Of a stretch of DNA of 64,000 nt, positions 19,778-28,681 are shown piece after piece. The stretch lies in IMG/VR virus record IMGVR_UViG_3300031466_000058, positions 1 to 64,000 of that record; one strand, 5' to 3'. The notes beneath the pieces were generated by a model. That model searched no databases. It worked only from the letters and a program-made list of their open reading frames with translations, and was not told the origin of the DNA. The DNA comes from a virus. Lineage: Duplodnaviria > Caudoviricetes. The translations under genes and the position numbers were made by a program. Numbering within the stretch: the first letter of the stretch is position 1; each line of letters starts with the position of its first letter.

Positions 19778-19969
19778 ATGGATAAGCCGAGTTTAACAGT
19801 TAAAATTGATGAAATACCAGAAGGAAATTTAGAAGTGGTATATAGCTACTTAATTAAAGCTGCAAAGAGATCACCGATGAGAACATTGCATAACCTCTTA
19901 AAAGAAATAACTGAAGAGAATCGTCATAAAGAACAGATTACGGATAGACAGGGCAAAGAATTAATTTAA
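19778..19969 (+). CDS. Orphan protein with MazE-like C-terminal peptide
   Basis: TLHNLLKEITEENRHKEQITDRQGKELI resembles the MazE tail [39 protein letters not shown]. Confidence 0.6.
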   Translation: MDKPSLTVKIDEIPEGNLEVVYSYLIKAAKRSPMRTLHNLLKEITEENRHKEQITDRQGKELI

Positions 19970-19993
19970 TATTTTAAAGAAAAAGGTGATTAA

Positions 19994-20146
19994 ATGAAAT
20001 TTACAAATGAACAATATAAATTATTAAAAATAGCTTATGATTGTTTAGAGAAAGTAGCAGAAGATATTCCTTTTAGAGTAGATGATATTGATTCAAGGAA
20101 ACTTTGGGAAGCTTTTATGGCATTAAGTATTATTTTAAGTGAATAA
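19994..20146 (+). CDS. Small hypothetical protein (50 aa)
   Basis: RBS AAGGTG; MKFTNEQYKLL...ILSE*; stop in site 20143; below the ORF-track length cutoff. Confidence 0.6.
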   Translation: MKFTNEQYKLLKIAYDCLEKVAEDIPFRVDDIDSRKLWEAFMALSIILSE

Positions 20147-20185
20147 AATCTTGTTTTTATCAAATGAAGGGAGCAGATAAAGCAT

Positions 20186-20401
20186 ATGTATAAAGCAAGA
20201 GTAGGTAATTCTTGGGTGAAAAATATTATACCCGTAAATGAAAATATTTATGATATTGAATTTACTACAAACAGATATTTAGCTAAAGACTTAGATTATG
20301 AAGATATACGTTATATATTAAAAGATTTTGATAATGTCAAAATAGTGAAAATCGAAATAAAAGAGATTGATGTTACAGATACCATAATAATGAGTTTATA
20401 A
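20186..20401 (+). CDS. Small hypothetical protein
   Basis: RBS AAGGGAG; stop in site 20398. Confidence 0.7.
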   Translation: MYKARVGNSWVKNIIPVNENIYDIEFTTNRYLAKDLDYEDIRYILKDFDNVKIVKIEIKEIDVTDTIIMSL

Positions 20402-20436
20402 ATTTCTCATTTTATTCAAAAAAGGAGGTTAACTAT

Positions 20437-20721
20437 ATGCCTGTTGTAGTTTATGGAAATATTCGAACAAACATTGACCCTAACACAGAAGCATACGAAT
20501 GGTTGCAGGAAATTTAATAATCACTATGGAGATGAAAAGTATGTCATCACTAAAACAACGATCAATTATCGTAGGTTGCTTTAAAAAAAACTTATACATA
20601 CTATTTAATTTACTGGAAATTAGCAGAAGGTGAGTATCAGCAATTATTGTCGTTTAAAAATTTAGATTTACAGGATGTTGAATGTTATTTATTAGGATGT
20701 CTGAATGGATTAAGTAAATAA
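20437..20721 (+). pseudogene. Frameshifted small gene between sites 20398 and 20718
   Basis: Strong [18 protein letters not shown]... stops early; downstream frame ...CYLLGCLNGLSK* ends inside the next site. Confidence 0.55.
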
Positions 20722-20753
20722 AATTTTAATTTCATTTAGAAAGGATGGATATC

Positions 20754-20957
20754 ATGATTCAAGTTTATGTTTATGATACGGAATATGATTTCAAGAAGCA
20801 ATTAGGTGATTTTGATATTAAAGATATTGAAGTTATTATTAAAATGTTTAAAAAATACGGTGCTGAATTTAATAATAAACAGTATGTGTTTAATAGATGT
20901 TATTATGATATAGATTTTGTGTCTTTCGCAATTGAGTTAATTGAAAAATCACAATAA
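20754..20957 (+). CDS. Small hypothetical protein
   Basis: [11 protein letters not shown]; stop in site 20954. Confidence 0.65.
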   Translation: MIQVYVYDTEYDFKKQLGDFDIKDIEVIIKMFKKYGAEFNNKQYVFNRCYYDIDFVSFAIELIEKSQ

Positions 20958-20986
20958 AAGACAGTTTTCATTCAGAAAGGAGTGAT

Positions 20987-21373
20987 TTGATGATAAAAAT
21001 TAAAGACGAAGTGTTGCGTCATATTCTTAAAGACATTAAGCAAAAAGCCTTTACTATGTCAGACGGCTGTGCATGTGGAGAGTATGCCTATCAATTAGAT
21101 AAAGATTTATGGTTATTTGCATATCGTAGTTGCCGTAAATCGAGCAATACTCCAAATGATAAGATGTGGCACATTCACGATTTAAAAATTTATAAAAATA
21201 TAAAAGCACATTATTATTCAGTTGATGGTAAAGAATACATAGATTATTATGAAGCAGAAGGAGAACCAATTTATTTTAAACTAAATACGAAACAAGAAGA
21301 ACAAATTATTAAAAGGTTAAAACGTGTTAGTTGGATTCAGTTAAATCAGCCTGAATATCGGGAACAAACCTGA
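20987..21373 (+). CDS. Hypothetical protein
   Basis: [9 protein letters not shown]; CACG motif. Confidence 0.7.
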   Translation: MMIKIKDEVLRHILKDIKQKAFTMSDGCACGEYAYQLDKDLWLFAYRSCRKSSNTPNDKMWHIHDLKIYKNIKAHYYSVDGKEYIDYYEAEGEPIYFKLNTKQEEQIIKRLKRVSWIQLNQPEYREQT

Positions 21374-21698
21374 ACAATGGAAGAATAAAGTTAATAAACA
21401 TGCTATGTCTGCTTTAAGGATTTTGGATTTCTTAGAACGATATAAAAATTTTAATTACAATTTCCAATTAGCAATTCGGTACACATATGAAGCGCAGCGA
21501 GATAATTTGTTAAGTGTCAGAAAAGGTAAATATTCGTTTAATGAGTTGGATGAAATGATGCAGTTGACAGAGCAATATACAATAGAAAAACTTAAAGATT
21601 GGTATAAGGGGCATAAACCGAATGAAGAAATGAAACGATGGGTTGAGGATGTAGTAAGAGAGCATGTGAAGAATTGTTTGAAGGAAGAGTTGCTGTGA
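21372..21698 (+). pseudogene. C-terminal fragment of a pol-beta-superfamily nucleotidyltransferase
   Basis: KHAMSALRILDFLERY...LLSVRKGKYS; no good RBS and no N-terminal GS/DxD motif. Confidence 0.5.
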
Positions 21699-22116
21699 GG
21701 TGGAAATGTTGATTAATAAAGAGTTAATTTTAACTCATAAAGAATTTGCCGAAACAATCATCGAACGGCTACAAGGCAAGAAAAGATTGGAACAGATTAG
21801 GTTACATAATGATTTAAATGATTATAAATAAAATAAATACATACAAGTAGGAAAAGAGAATTTAAAAGAAGGATTGTTTAATCTTACAGACAAAAAATTG
21901 AATAGAGATATATAAGGAATCAAAATCAAAAACATTGAAGTAATTGAAATGGTTAATGATTAATAGATACTGAAAAGAAAAGAGTGATATAGTTTATTTT
22001 GCCGAACAATTTTTAGATATAAAACTTCAATCATGGCAAAAAGATGTATTAAGAACCATTCCAAATGACAACAAGCTTAAATCTTGGCTTAATCTAAAGA
22101 GAAAGGGAGAAAACCA

Positions 22117-23289
22117 ATGAGTTTTGAAGGTTTATTCAAAGGTAAGACAATTTTAATGGGTTTTATGCACATGATAGTTGCATTTACCTCAATCGTAGTG
22201 ATAACAGGAGCTTTAGGATTTAATTTACCACTAGCATTTTTGTTTGCAGGAGTTGGAACGTTAATTTTCCACCTTGTTACTAAGAATGAAATACCTGTAA
22301 CTCTAGGGGTTTCTGGTGTATATATGGGTGCTATACTATTTGTGGTTAAGCAGTATGGTGTGGCATTCGCACATGGCGGTATTGTAGTAGCAGGGTTATT
22401 CTATATCTTATTTGCTTTAATTATGTTTAAATGGCAAGATAAGATACTACCATTATTCCCAACTTGGTTGCTATCAACAGTAGTAGCTTTAATTGGTTTA
22501 AGTTTATTACCTATTGGAGCAAGTCTTTTAACGACTAATATTTTAGTAGGCTTAACATCTCTAATTGTAACAGCTTTAGTTTCTTTAATCGGAAATGAAA
22601 AACTAGGAATGTTTGCAATACCTATCGGAGTATTAGCAGGAACTTTAGTGGCATTCTTTACAACAGGATTAACAATTCCATCTTCTGTGGGAATTGAATA
22701 TATCGCACCTCAATTCAACTGGCAATCAGCCTTAACTATTGGAGTGATGGCTTTCCCTGCAATGTTTGAGATGATGGGAGATACAAAAAATACAGGAAAT
22801 GTTATTGGTAAAAATATATTTAAAACAGTAGGATTAGGACGTATATCATTAGGTAACGGTTTAGCTAGTATGATAGGCGGTTTAGGTGGAAGTAACGCAT
22901 ATACAACATATGGAGAAAATGCTTCATTCGTTATGATGAGTAGATTCTATAATCCGTCTGCACAAATCTGGACAGGAATATTCTTAATAATTCTAGCATT
23001 CTTCTCACCTCTAATGACAATTATTTCAGCTATACCTATTGAAGCGTTTGGTGGAGCAGTAACGGTGCTCTTTGCTATGATTGTTACAAATGCTATTAAA
23101 CAAATTGGTGAATCTGTTGACCTAAACAAGAATCCCAAAGCATTCACTATTATTACAGTTATGATTGCAGTATCAATGCTTACTGTGTCTTTCGGTGGCA
23201 TTACCGTATCATCTGTAGCTGTAGCAACAGCAGTAGGCATATTTTTAAATGCATTATTTAATCGTGGTGATAAAAGTGAGAATATGTAG
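22117..23289 (+). CDS. NCS2 (UraA/PyrP-like) nucleobase permease
   Basis: About 13 TM segments; HMIVAF, GVGTLIFH, LGVSG, EMMGD, TTYGEN. Confidence 0.9.
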   Translation: MSFEGLFKGKTILMGFMHMIVAFTSIVVITGALGFNLPLAFLFAGVGTLIFHLVTKNEIPVTLGVSGVYMGAILFVVKQYGVAFAHGGIVVAGLFYILFALIMFKWQDKILPLFPTWLLSTVVALIGLSLLPIGASLLTTNILVGLTSLIVTALVSLIGNEKLGMFAIPIGVLAGTLVAFFTTGLTIPSSVGIEYIAPQFNWQSALTIGVMAFPAMFEMMGDTKNTGNVIGKNIFKTVGLGRISLGNGLASMIGGLGGSNAYTTYGENASFVMMSRFYNPSAQIWTGIFLIILAFFSPLMTIISAIPIEAFGGAVTVLFAMIVTNAIKQIGESVDLNKNPKAFTIITVMIAVSMLTVSFGGITVSSVAVATAVGIFLNALFNRGDKSENM

Positions 23290-23563
23290 TTTTTGTGGTA
23301 GTAATAAAGATGTTAGAAAACCTAGAGATTATGGAGGAGATTTATGTATTAAGCATTATACTCAATACAGAAGATATGGCAAACTGTTAGACAGAACTAG
23401 ATATGACAAGAATGAAATAATTAAAAATAACGAATATGCGGAAGTTATACTATATGACAAAAATCAAGAAGAAATCGCTAGGGTAAAAGATGCTGAAAAG
23501 AAATATTTTGGTGAATATAGCTATCTTAATAGAAAAAAGATCTTGACAGATATAAAAAAATAA
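23276..23563 (+). pseudogene. Internally deleted HNH-AP2 homing endonuclease
   Basis: N-terminal CSFC...LCIKHYTQYRRYG...DKNE joined directly to AP2-type tail AR.KDAEKKYFGEY; no HNH core. Confidence 0.6.
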
Positions 23564-23572
23564 TGATATAAT
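23543..23572 (+). promoter_or_regulatory. sigma-A promoter
   Basis: TTGACA-N18-TATAAT; TAATGA extension. Confidence 0.75.
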
Positions 23573-23590
23573 TATAGTAGAGGTGATGGT

Positions 23591-24886
23591 ATGGATAACT
23601 TAATTAAAATCATCAACGACTTAAAATCTGATTCAAGTCGTGCAGGTAAAGAAAAGATTCTAAAAGATAATGAGAATAACGCATTATTTAGGTATGTTTT
23701 AAAATTTGTATACAACCCCTTCATTGTAACAGGTTTGTCTACGAAAAAAGTGAATAAAAAAGTTAAAGTTGAGATTGATAGCAAGCATGATTTCAAAGAA
23801 ATTGAAGATGTTTTACGCTATCTGAAAGTGCATAATAGTGGTAGGGATTATGATATTGCTGTTGTGCAAAACTTCATCAACAAACTCTCTACAAAAGAAG
23901 CAAAAGATATTGCCAAACAAATTGTAACTAAAAGCTTGAAGGTTGGAATTACAGAGAAAACTATCAATAAAATATATGGAAAAGACGAGATTCCTAGCTT
24001 CTCTGTAATGCTAGCAGAATCATATGCTAAAAAAGAATCTTCATTGACAGGTGAGTTTTACATAACACAAAAGCTTGACGGAAATAGATGTGTAGCAATT
24101 AAAGATAATGATGAAGTTAGATTTTTTACACGCAAAGGTCAACCGATAGAAGGTATGGTAGACCTTGAAAAAGAAATAATGAAATTGCGAAACGGAATTG
24201 TTTTGGATGGAGAGCTACTTTTAAGAAACGACAACAATCTATCTACCGATGAATTATTTAGAGAGACACAAAAAATTGTAAGAAAAGATGGTGTAAAAGA
24301 AAATTTAAATTTTTATGTCTTTGACACCTTATCTGTCGAAGAATTTAAGCGTGGTAAATCTATTAATACATATGCAGACCGAAGAGAGCAACTAGAAAGC
24401 ATGTTTGCATTCTTTGGCGATGGATTTGAAAATGTTAAATTATTACCTGTATTATATAAAGGCAATGACAAAAATATGATTGCTGTATTAATGAAATATG
24501 CAGAAGAAAGAGGCTGGGAAGGACTAATGGTAAATACAGCAAGTGGCTTATACCAGAGCAAACGTACTACAGACCTTTTAAAAGTTAAGAAGTTTAAGAG
24601 TGCCGATGGAGTTATTTTAGGAGTTTATGAGGGTGAAGGGAGAAATAAAGGCAGATTAGGTGGCGTATTAGTTACCTATAAAGATATGGCTGTAAAAATA
24701 GGTAGTGGTTTTAGTGATGAGGAAAGAGTTGAATATTGGAATAATAAAGATAAAATTATAGGTAAGATTGGACAGTATAATTATTTTGAGGAATCGCAAA
24801 ATCAAAACGGAGGATATGATTTAAGGTTTGCCACATGGAAAGGCATTAGAGAAGATAAAAGCGATGGTGATGTGAATTATGAGTAA
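23591..24886 (+). CDS. lig: ATP-dependent DNA ligase
   Basis: VMLA, KLDGNRC, FTRKG, LDGEL, VFD, WEGLMV, LLKVKKF; OB domain GSGFSD. Confidence 0.95.
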   Translation: MDNLIKIINDLKSDSSRAGKEKILKDNENNALFRYVLKFVYNPFIVTGLSTKKVNKKVKVEIDSKHDFKEIEDVLRYLKVHNSGRDYDIAVVQNFINKLSTKEAKDIAKQIVTKSLKVGITEKTINKIYGKDEIPSFSVMLAESYAKKESSLTGEFYITQKLDGNRCVAIKDNDEVRFFTRKGQPIEGMVDLEKEIMKLRNGIVLDGELLLRNDNNLSTDELFRETQKIVRKDGVKENLNFYVFDTLSVEEFKRGKSINTYADRREQLESMFAFFGDGFENVKLLPVLYKGNDKNMIAVLMKYAEERGWEGLMVNTASGLYQSKRTTDLLKVKKFKSADGVILGVYEGEGRNKGRLGGVLVTYKDMAVKIGSGFSDEERVEYWNNKDKIIGKIGQYNYFEESQNQNGGYDLRFATWKGIREDKSDGDVNYE

Positions 24887-25228
24887 CAGAATTTACATCA
24901 TTGATGATAATGCATTAGACATTATTGATAGTGAAGATAAAGCTTATTTCTTAGGCTTTTTCTTCGCTGATGGTCACAATAGTAACAAGAATGAAATATG
25001 CATATCTGTCCAAGAAAGAGACGAGTATATTTTGAATAATTTTTTGCATATCCTCAAATCAAACCATGTTATAAAACGAAAAGAGATAGGTGGGAATAAC
25101 TATTCTGAAATACGGATTACAAATAAAAAGCTATCTAATAGGTTGAGAGATATCGGTGCAAATTCAAATAAAACTTTTAATGCACGTTTCCCAAGTCAAA
25201 TTAATGATAGTTTAGTTAGGCATTTTAT

Positions 25229-26492
25229 AGAAAATGGCGTAAAACCCCTACGCCTTTAGGCTAGGGGATGTAAGCCCTATATACGAAAAAAGGAGGTGAA
25301 AAATCAATGATTGTAAATAAAGCATATAAGTTTCGGCTCTATCCGAACAAAGAACAAGAAATATTAATTAATAAAACCTTTGGGTGCTGTCGATTTGTAT
25401 TTAATCATTTTTTAGCAAAATGGGATAATACTTATAAAGAGGCAGGAAAAGGTTTGACTTATAATTCTTGTTCTGCTCAGTTAACACAATTAAAAAAAGA
25501 ATTAACTTGGCTAAAAGAAGTGGATAGTATTGCACTTCAATCGTCATTAAAAAATCTTGCTGACGCTTATTCCCGTTTCTTCAAGAAACAAAACGATAAA
25601 CCACGTTTTAAGTCCAAGAAAAATCCTATTCAGTCTTACACGACAAAGTATACAAATGGCAATATTGCTATTAATGGTAATAAAATCAAATTACCTAAAC
25701 TTGGATGGATTCGTTTTGCAAAGAGTCATGAAGTAGAAGGTCGCATTCTCAATGCAACAATTAGACGTAATCTAAGTGGAAAATATTTTGTATCCATTCT
25801 TGTAGAAACAGAAGTTCAGGAATTACCTAAAACTGACTCTGCTGTTGGCATAGATGTCGGCTTGAAAGAATTTGCTATTCTTTCAGATGGAACGATTTAC
25901 TCTAATCCTAAGTTTTTTCGAAGATTAGAAGAAAAATTAGCAAAAGCACAACGGATTCTATCAAGACGTAAAAAAGGTGGTTCTAATTGGAACAAACAAC
26001 GAATTAAAGTTGCTCGTATTCATGAAAAAATCACAAACGCTAGAAACGATTACTTGCATAAAATCTCCACCTATATTGTCAAAAACCACGACATTATCGG
26101 GATGGAAGATTTGTCTGTAAGTAATATGTTAAAAAATAACAATCTTGCTAAAGCAATTAGCGAAGTATCATGGTCACAATTTAGAACGATGTTAGAATAC
26201 AAAGCGAAATGGTACGGAAAGCAAGTTGTTACCGTATCGAAAAATTTTCCATCCAGCCAGCTTTGTTCGTGCTGTGGCTACAAAAACAAAGACGTTAAAA
26301 ATCTTGCATTGCGTGAATGGGTGTGTCCTAATTGTCATACCCATCATAACCGAGATATTAACGCAAGTTTAAATATTCGCAAGGAAGCCTTGCGATTAAC
26401 CGTAGGAACTACGGGGATAGCCTAATCAATTAGAGTTCGGTAGAACTCTGTACTTAGGAATCCACTACGGCTTTAGCCTAGTGGTAGTTCAA
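25229..26492 (+). mobile_element. IS200/IS605-family (IS1341-like) non-autonomous element, TnpB only
   Basis: Follows TTTAT; left hairpin CCCCTACGCCTTTAGGCTAGGGG; right hairpin CCACTACGGCTTTAGCCTAGTGG; ends TTCAA; no tnpA; no canonical target duplication at the junctions. Confidence 0.88.
25307..26425 (+). CDS. tnpB: RNA-guided endonuclease TnpB
   Basis: [12 protein letters not shown]; RuvC motifs GIDVG, MEDL, RDINAS; zinc ribbon CSCC...CPNC. Confidence 0.96.
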   Translation: MIVNKAYKFRLYPNKEQEILINKTFGCCRFVFNHFLAKWDNTYKEAGKGLTYNSCSAQLTQLKKELTWLKEVDSIALQSSLKNLADAYSRFFKKQNDKPRFKSKKNPIQSYTTKYTNGNIAINGNKIKLPKLGWIRFAKSHEVEGRILNATIRRNLSGKYFVSILVETEVQELPKTDSAVGIDVGLKEFAILSDGTIYSNPKFFRRLEEKLAKAQRILSRRKKGGSNWNKQRIKVARIHEKITNARNDYLHKISTYIVKNHDIIGMEDLSVSNMLKNNNLAKAISEVSWSQFRTMLEYKAKWYGKQVVTVSKNFPSSQLCSCCGYKNKDVKNLALREWVCPNCHTHHNRDINASLNIRKEALRLTVGTTGIA

Positions 26493-26508
26493 ATATGGAT
26501 AGTAATAT
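26330..26508 (+). ncRNA. Predicted TnpB omega/reRNA (right end plus flanking guide); boundaries approximate
   Basis: Inferred from known TnpB biology; hairpins AGAGTTC-ggta-GAACTCT and the right-end stem. Confidence 0.55.
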
Positions 26509-26836
26509 ATACCTTTATAGAAAATACGAAAAATACTTATCTCTAATAAACAGAAGTAAAGATGGTTGGGAGTCACGTAGACGTAGGTATGGCAATAATG
26601 GTATGTCAAAAAAGTCCATTTCAGACAAGATAATTGATTATCTCATAAATGATAATGATGTAATATACGATAAGAGAGACTTGTTATCCATATTTGTAGA
26701 TAATGATAGATTAAATAAGGCTAATATAGCATATCATATTAATAAAGTAATTGATAAAACTAAGTATATCAAAAACATTGATATCGAGAATGGATATGGT
26801 AAAATAAAAGTTTTTCGACAAAGGGTGTGATACAAT

Positions 26837-27247
26837 ATGAAACCTATGACGTACTATAACAGTTTTTGGTACAGATTTACCCGACCAATTAAGCGGTTGT
26901 GGTTTAAATTCCTGCTAAACAGAGATAAGTTAATTAAGGTTGATGAGCGTCACCATGGTGTGGGAAAAACCTATATGATGATTGAAAGAGCAATAAAAGA
27001 AGATATTCCCATTGTTGTAGGCAACCAACAACAAGTTTATTTGATTAAAAGGGATGGGAACCCTGTTGAAGTATTGAGATTGGCAAAAAATTTCACCATT
27101 GATTTTAAGGGTAGACGTTTCCCAAATGGGGTTATGATTGATGAATCTGTAGACCCAGAAATGATTCATTTTATAGAGAGAGAAAATATTAAAATTCGTG
27201 GTGGATTTATTAGAAATTATAAGGGTGATAAAGAAAATGAAAGCTAA
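26837..27247 (+). CDS. Small P-loop-like hypothetical protein
   Basis: HGVGKT and GVMIDE within 136 aa. Confidence 0.6.
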   Translation: MKPMTYYNSFWYRFTRPIKRLWFKFLLNRDKLIKVDERHHGVGKTYMMIERAIKEDIPIVVGNQQQVYLIKRDGNPVEVLRLAKNFTIDFKGRRFPNGVMIDESVDPEMIHFIERENIKIRGGFIRNYKGDKENES

Positions 27248-27632
27248 AAGAATAGCTGTCGTCTATATTCCTAATAGACTAGATAGTATATCTAGTGCTG
27301 AGAAAATATTTAACAAGATTATTTCAGAGTTAGAAGATAGTGGACTTAAAGTTAAGCATTCCAACAAAGTTTTAACATTGTTTGATAATGCTACAAAAGT
27401 TGAGAAAGTGCCTTTTGGTAAAGCAATGATTGGCATGAGAATTACACATATGTATATAGATAGAAACGTGCTTGAATTAGAAGGTGGAGAACGATTTGTT
27501 AATGAAGCATTAATACCATGTGTTATCTCTAATGGAAACTATAATAACTTAGACGCTACAGAAGAAGTGAAGGAACGAGTGTTTATTTTTGATTTAAAAG
27601 GAAACACAGAAAAATATTCTAAAAACTATTGA
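27237..27632 (+). CDS. Hypothetical protein
   Basis: ATG overlapping the upstream gene; RBS AAGGGTG. Confidence 0.6.
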   Translation: MKAKRIAVVYIPNRLDSISSAEKIFNKIISELEDSGLKVKHSNKVLTLFDNATKVEKVPFGKAMIGMRITHMYIDRNVLELEGGERFVNEALIPCVISNGNYNNLDATEEVKERVFIFDLKGNTEKYSKNY

Positions 27633-28199
27633 CAAATACAGTCTGTAATGATATAATATAGGGAGAAGGAGATATTAACCTTCTCCTATTTTTATCTATA
27701 AGGGGTGTATGCTATGATAGATTTGAATAAGTTTACAGAAGAAGAGATTAAGCTAATCGAAGATATGATAGACAGCAAGATAAAGTTTGAGTATGAGTTT
27801 CAATCGAAACACTCGAAACTATATGATAAGTTTGCCAAAGAAAGAGAGAAAGAGATTGAAGCACTCACAATATTAAAGACTAAAATTATTAATCTGAAAA
27901 GTATTGACAAAAACAAATTATAATGATATAATATATACACAAGGGGTGAACATAATGACTAGGGTAATCGTTACAGTAGTCTATAATCAACATTATGATA
28001 TACATATAGATTGATAAAATCAGAATTTTATACAGAGGTGAATATCATGGAAATGCCTATATGGTATCAAGAAGAGTTGAGAGAATCATTTTTCGAGAAA
28101 GATGTTTTTACCATTATCCAACTAAATAAAAGTTGGTACAAAACTTTAAAACAAATTCAAAAAGAACTCCTTGACAGAAATAAATAATAATGATATAAT
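27629..28199 (+). promoter_or_regulatory. Three tandem sigma-A promoters (27629-27657, 27904-27932, 28171-28199)
   Basis: Each is TTGACA-N17-TATAAT with TAATGA extension. Confidence 0.85.
27705..27923 (+). CDS. Small hypothetical protein
   Basis: ORF with RBS AAGGGG. Confidence 0.6.
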   Translation: MYAMIDLNKFTEEEIKLIEDMIDSKIKFEYEFQSKHSKLYDKFAKEREKEIEALTILKTKIINLKSIDKNKL

Positions 28200-28213
28200 G
28201 GAGGTATACAACG

Positions 28214-28681
28214 ATGAGTAAACTAGAAGATATAGTAATTGAGATGTATAGAGATGGCAATGAAATCAAACATATAATCGAATCTCTAAATATCACACAT
28301 AAACGAGTCAAACAGATACTCATAAGTATGAAAGAAAGTAACAGACATAAGAGAACTTTCACAGATGAATTTAAAAAGATAATTGCCGAACGTGATATGA
28401 ATGGTATTTCACGTAGGCAAATATCTTTAGAACTTGAAATCAATGCAAATACAGTAAAGAAGGCTTGCGAAAAGTTTGGTCAAAGATTCAAGGAAAGAGC
28501 TTCATCAGATAATGAATTTACTAGAATCGATGGTAAATTTAACTTATCTGAATGTCCGTCATGCAAGAGCAAAGATGTTAATGAGGTAGACGACAGCACT
28601 ATTTACTGTATGAGTTGTGGTGATGAGTTTATTATTAAGAAAGACCACGCATTAAAAATTAACTGGGAGTATGTCGAATGA
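28214..28681 (+). CDS. HTH plus zinc-ribbon protein (putative regulator)
   Basis: GISRRQISLELEINANTV; CPSC...CMSC. Confidence 0.7.
   Translation: MSKLEDIVIEMYRDGNEIKHIIESLNITHKRVKQILISMKESNRHKRTFTDEFKKIIAERDMNGISRRQISLELEINANTVKKACEKFGQRFKERASSDNEFTRIDGKFNLSECPSCKSKDVNEVDDSTIYCMSCGDEFIIKKDHALKINWEYVE

Larger units (their letters stand above)
18797..20971. repeat. Dispersed 18-bp inverted-repeat sites ATAAAA-N6-TTTTAT at gene junctions (9 copies here, 2 more at 12732 and 28014)
   Basis: 18797 ATAGAT-gggaaa-TTTTAT; 18994 ATGAAA-gacgaa-TTTATT; 19292 ATAAAA-gaactg-TTCTAT; 19458 ATGAAA-ttcatc-TTAATG; 19735 ATAAAA-ttcatc-TTTTAA; 20143 ATAAAA-tcttgt-TTTTAT; 20398 ATAAAT-ttctca-TTTTAT; 20718 ATAAAA-ttttaa-TTTCAT; 20954 ATAAAA-gacagt-TTTCAT. 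Confidence 0.75.
24879..26830 (+). pseudogene. LAGLIDADG endonuclease gene interrupted by an IS, second motif deleted
   Basis: 5' part AYFLGFFFADG...VRHFI ends at about 25228; 3' part DSNIYLYRKYEKY starts at about 26493; compare the intact paralog at 16483. Confidence 0.8.

Noticed and set aside
18797-20971. CRISPR array interpretation of the repeats
   Set aside because: The repeats are degenerate, spacing is 170-400 bp and filled by genes, and no cas genes are present.
25224-26525. 12-bp direct repeat TTTATAGAAAAT near both IS ends (25224, 26514)
   Set aside because: The second copy is 21 nt outside the right end, IS200/IS605 elements make no target duplications, and the sequence is AT-rich; probably chance.
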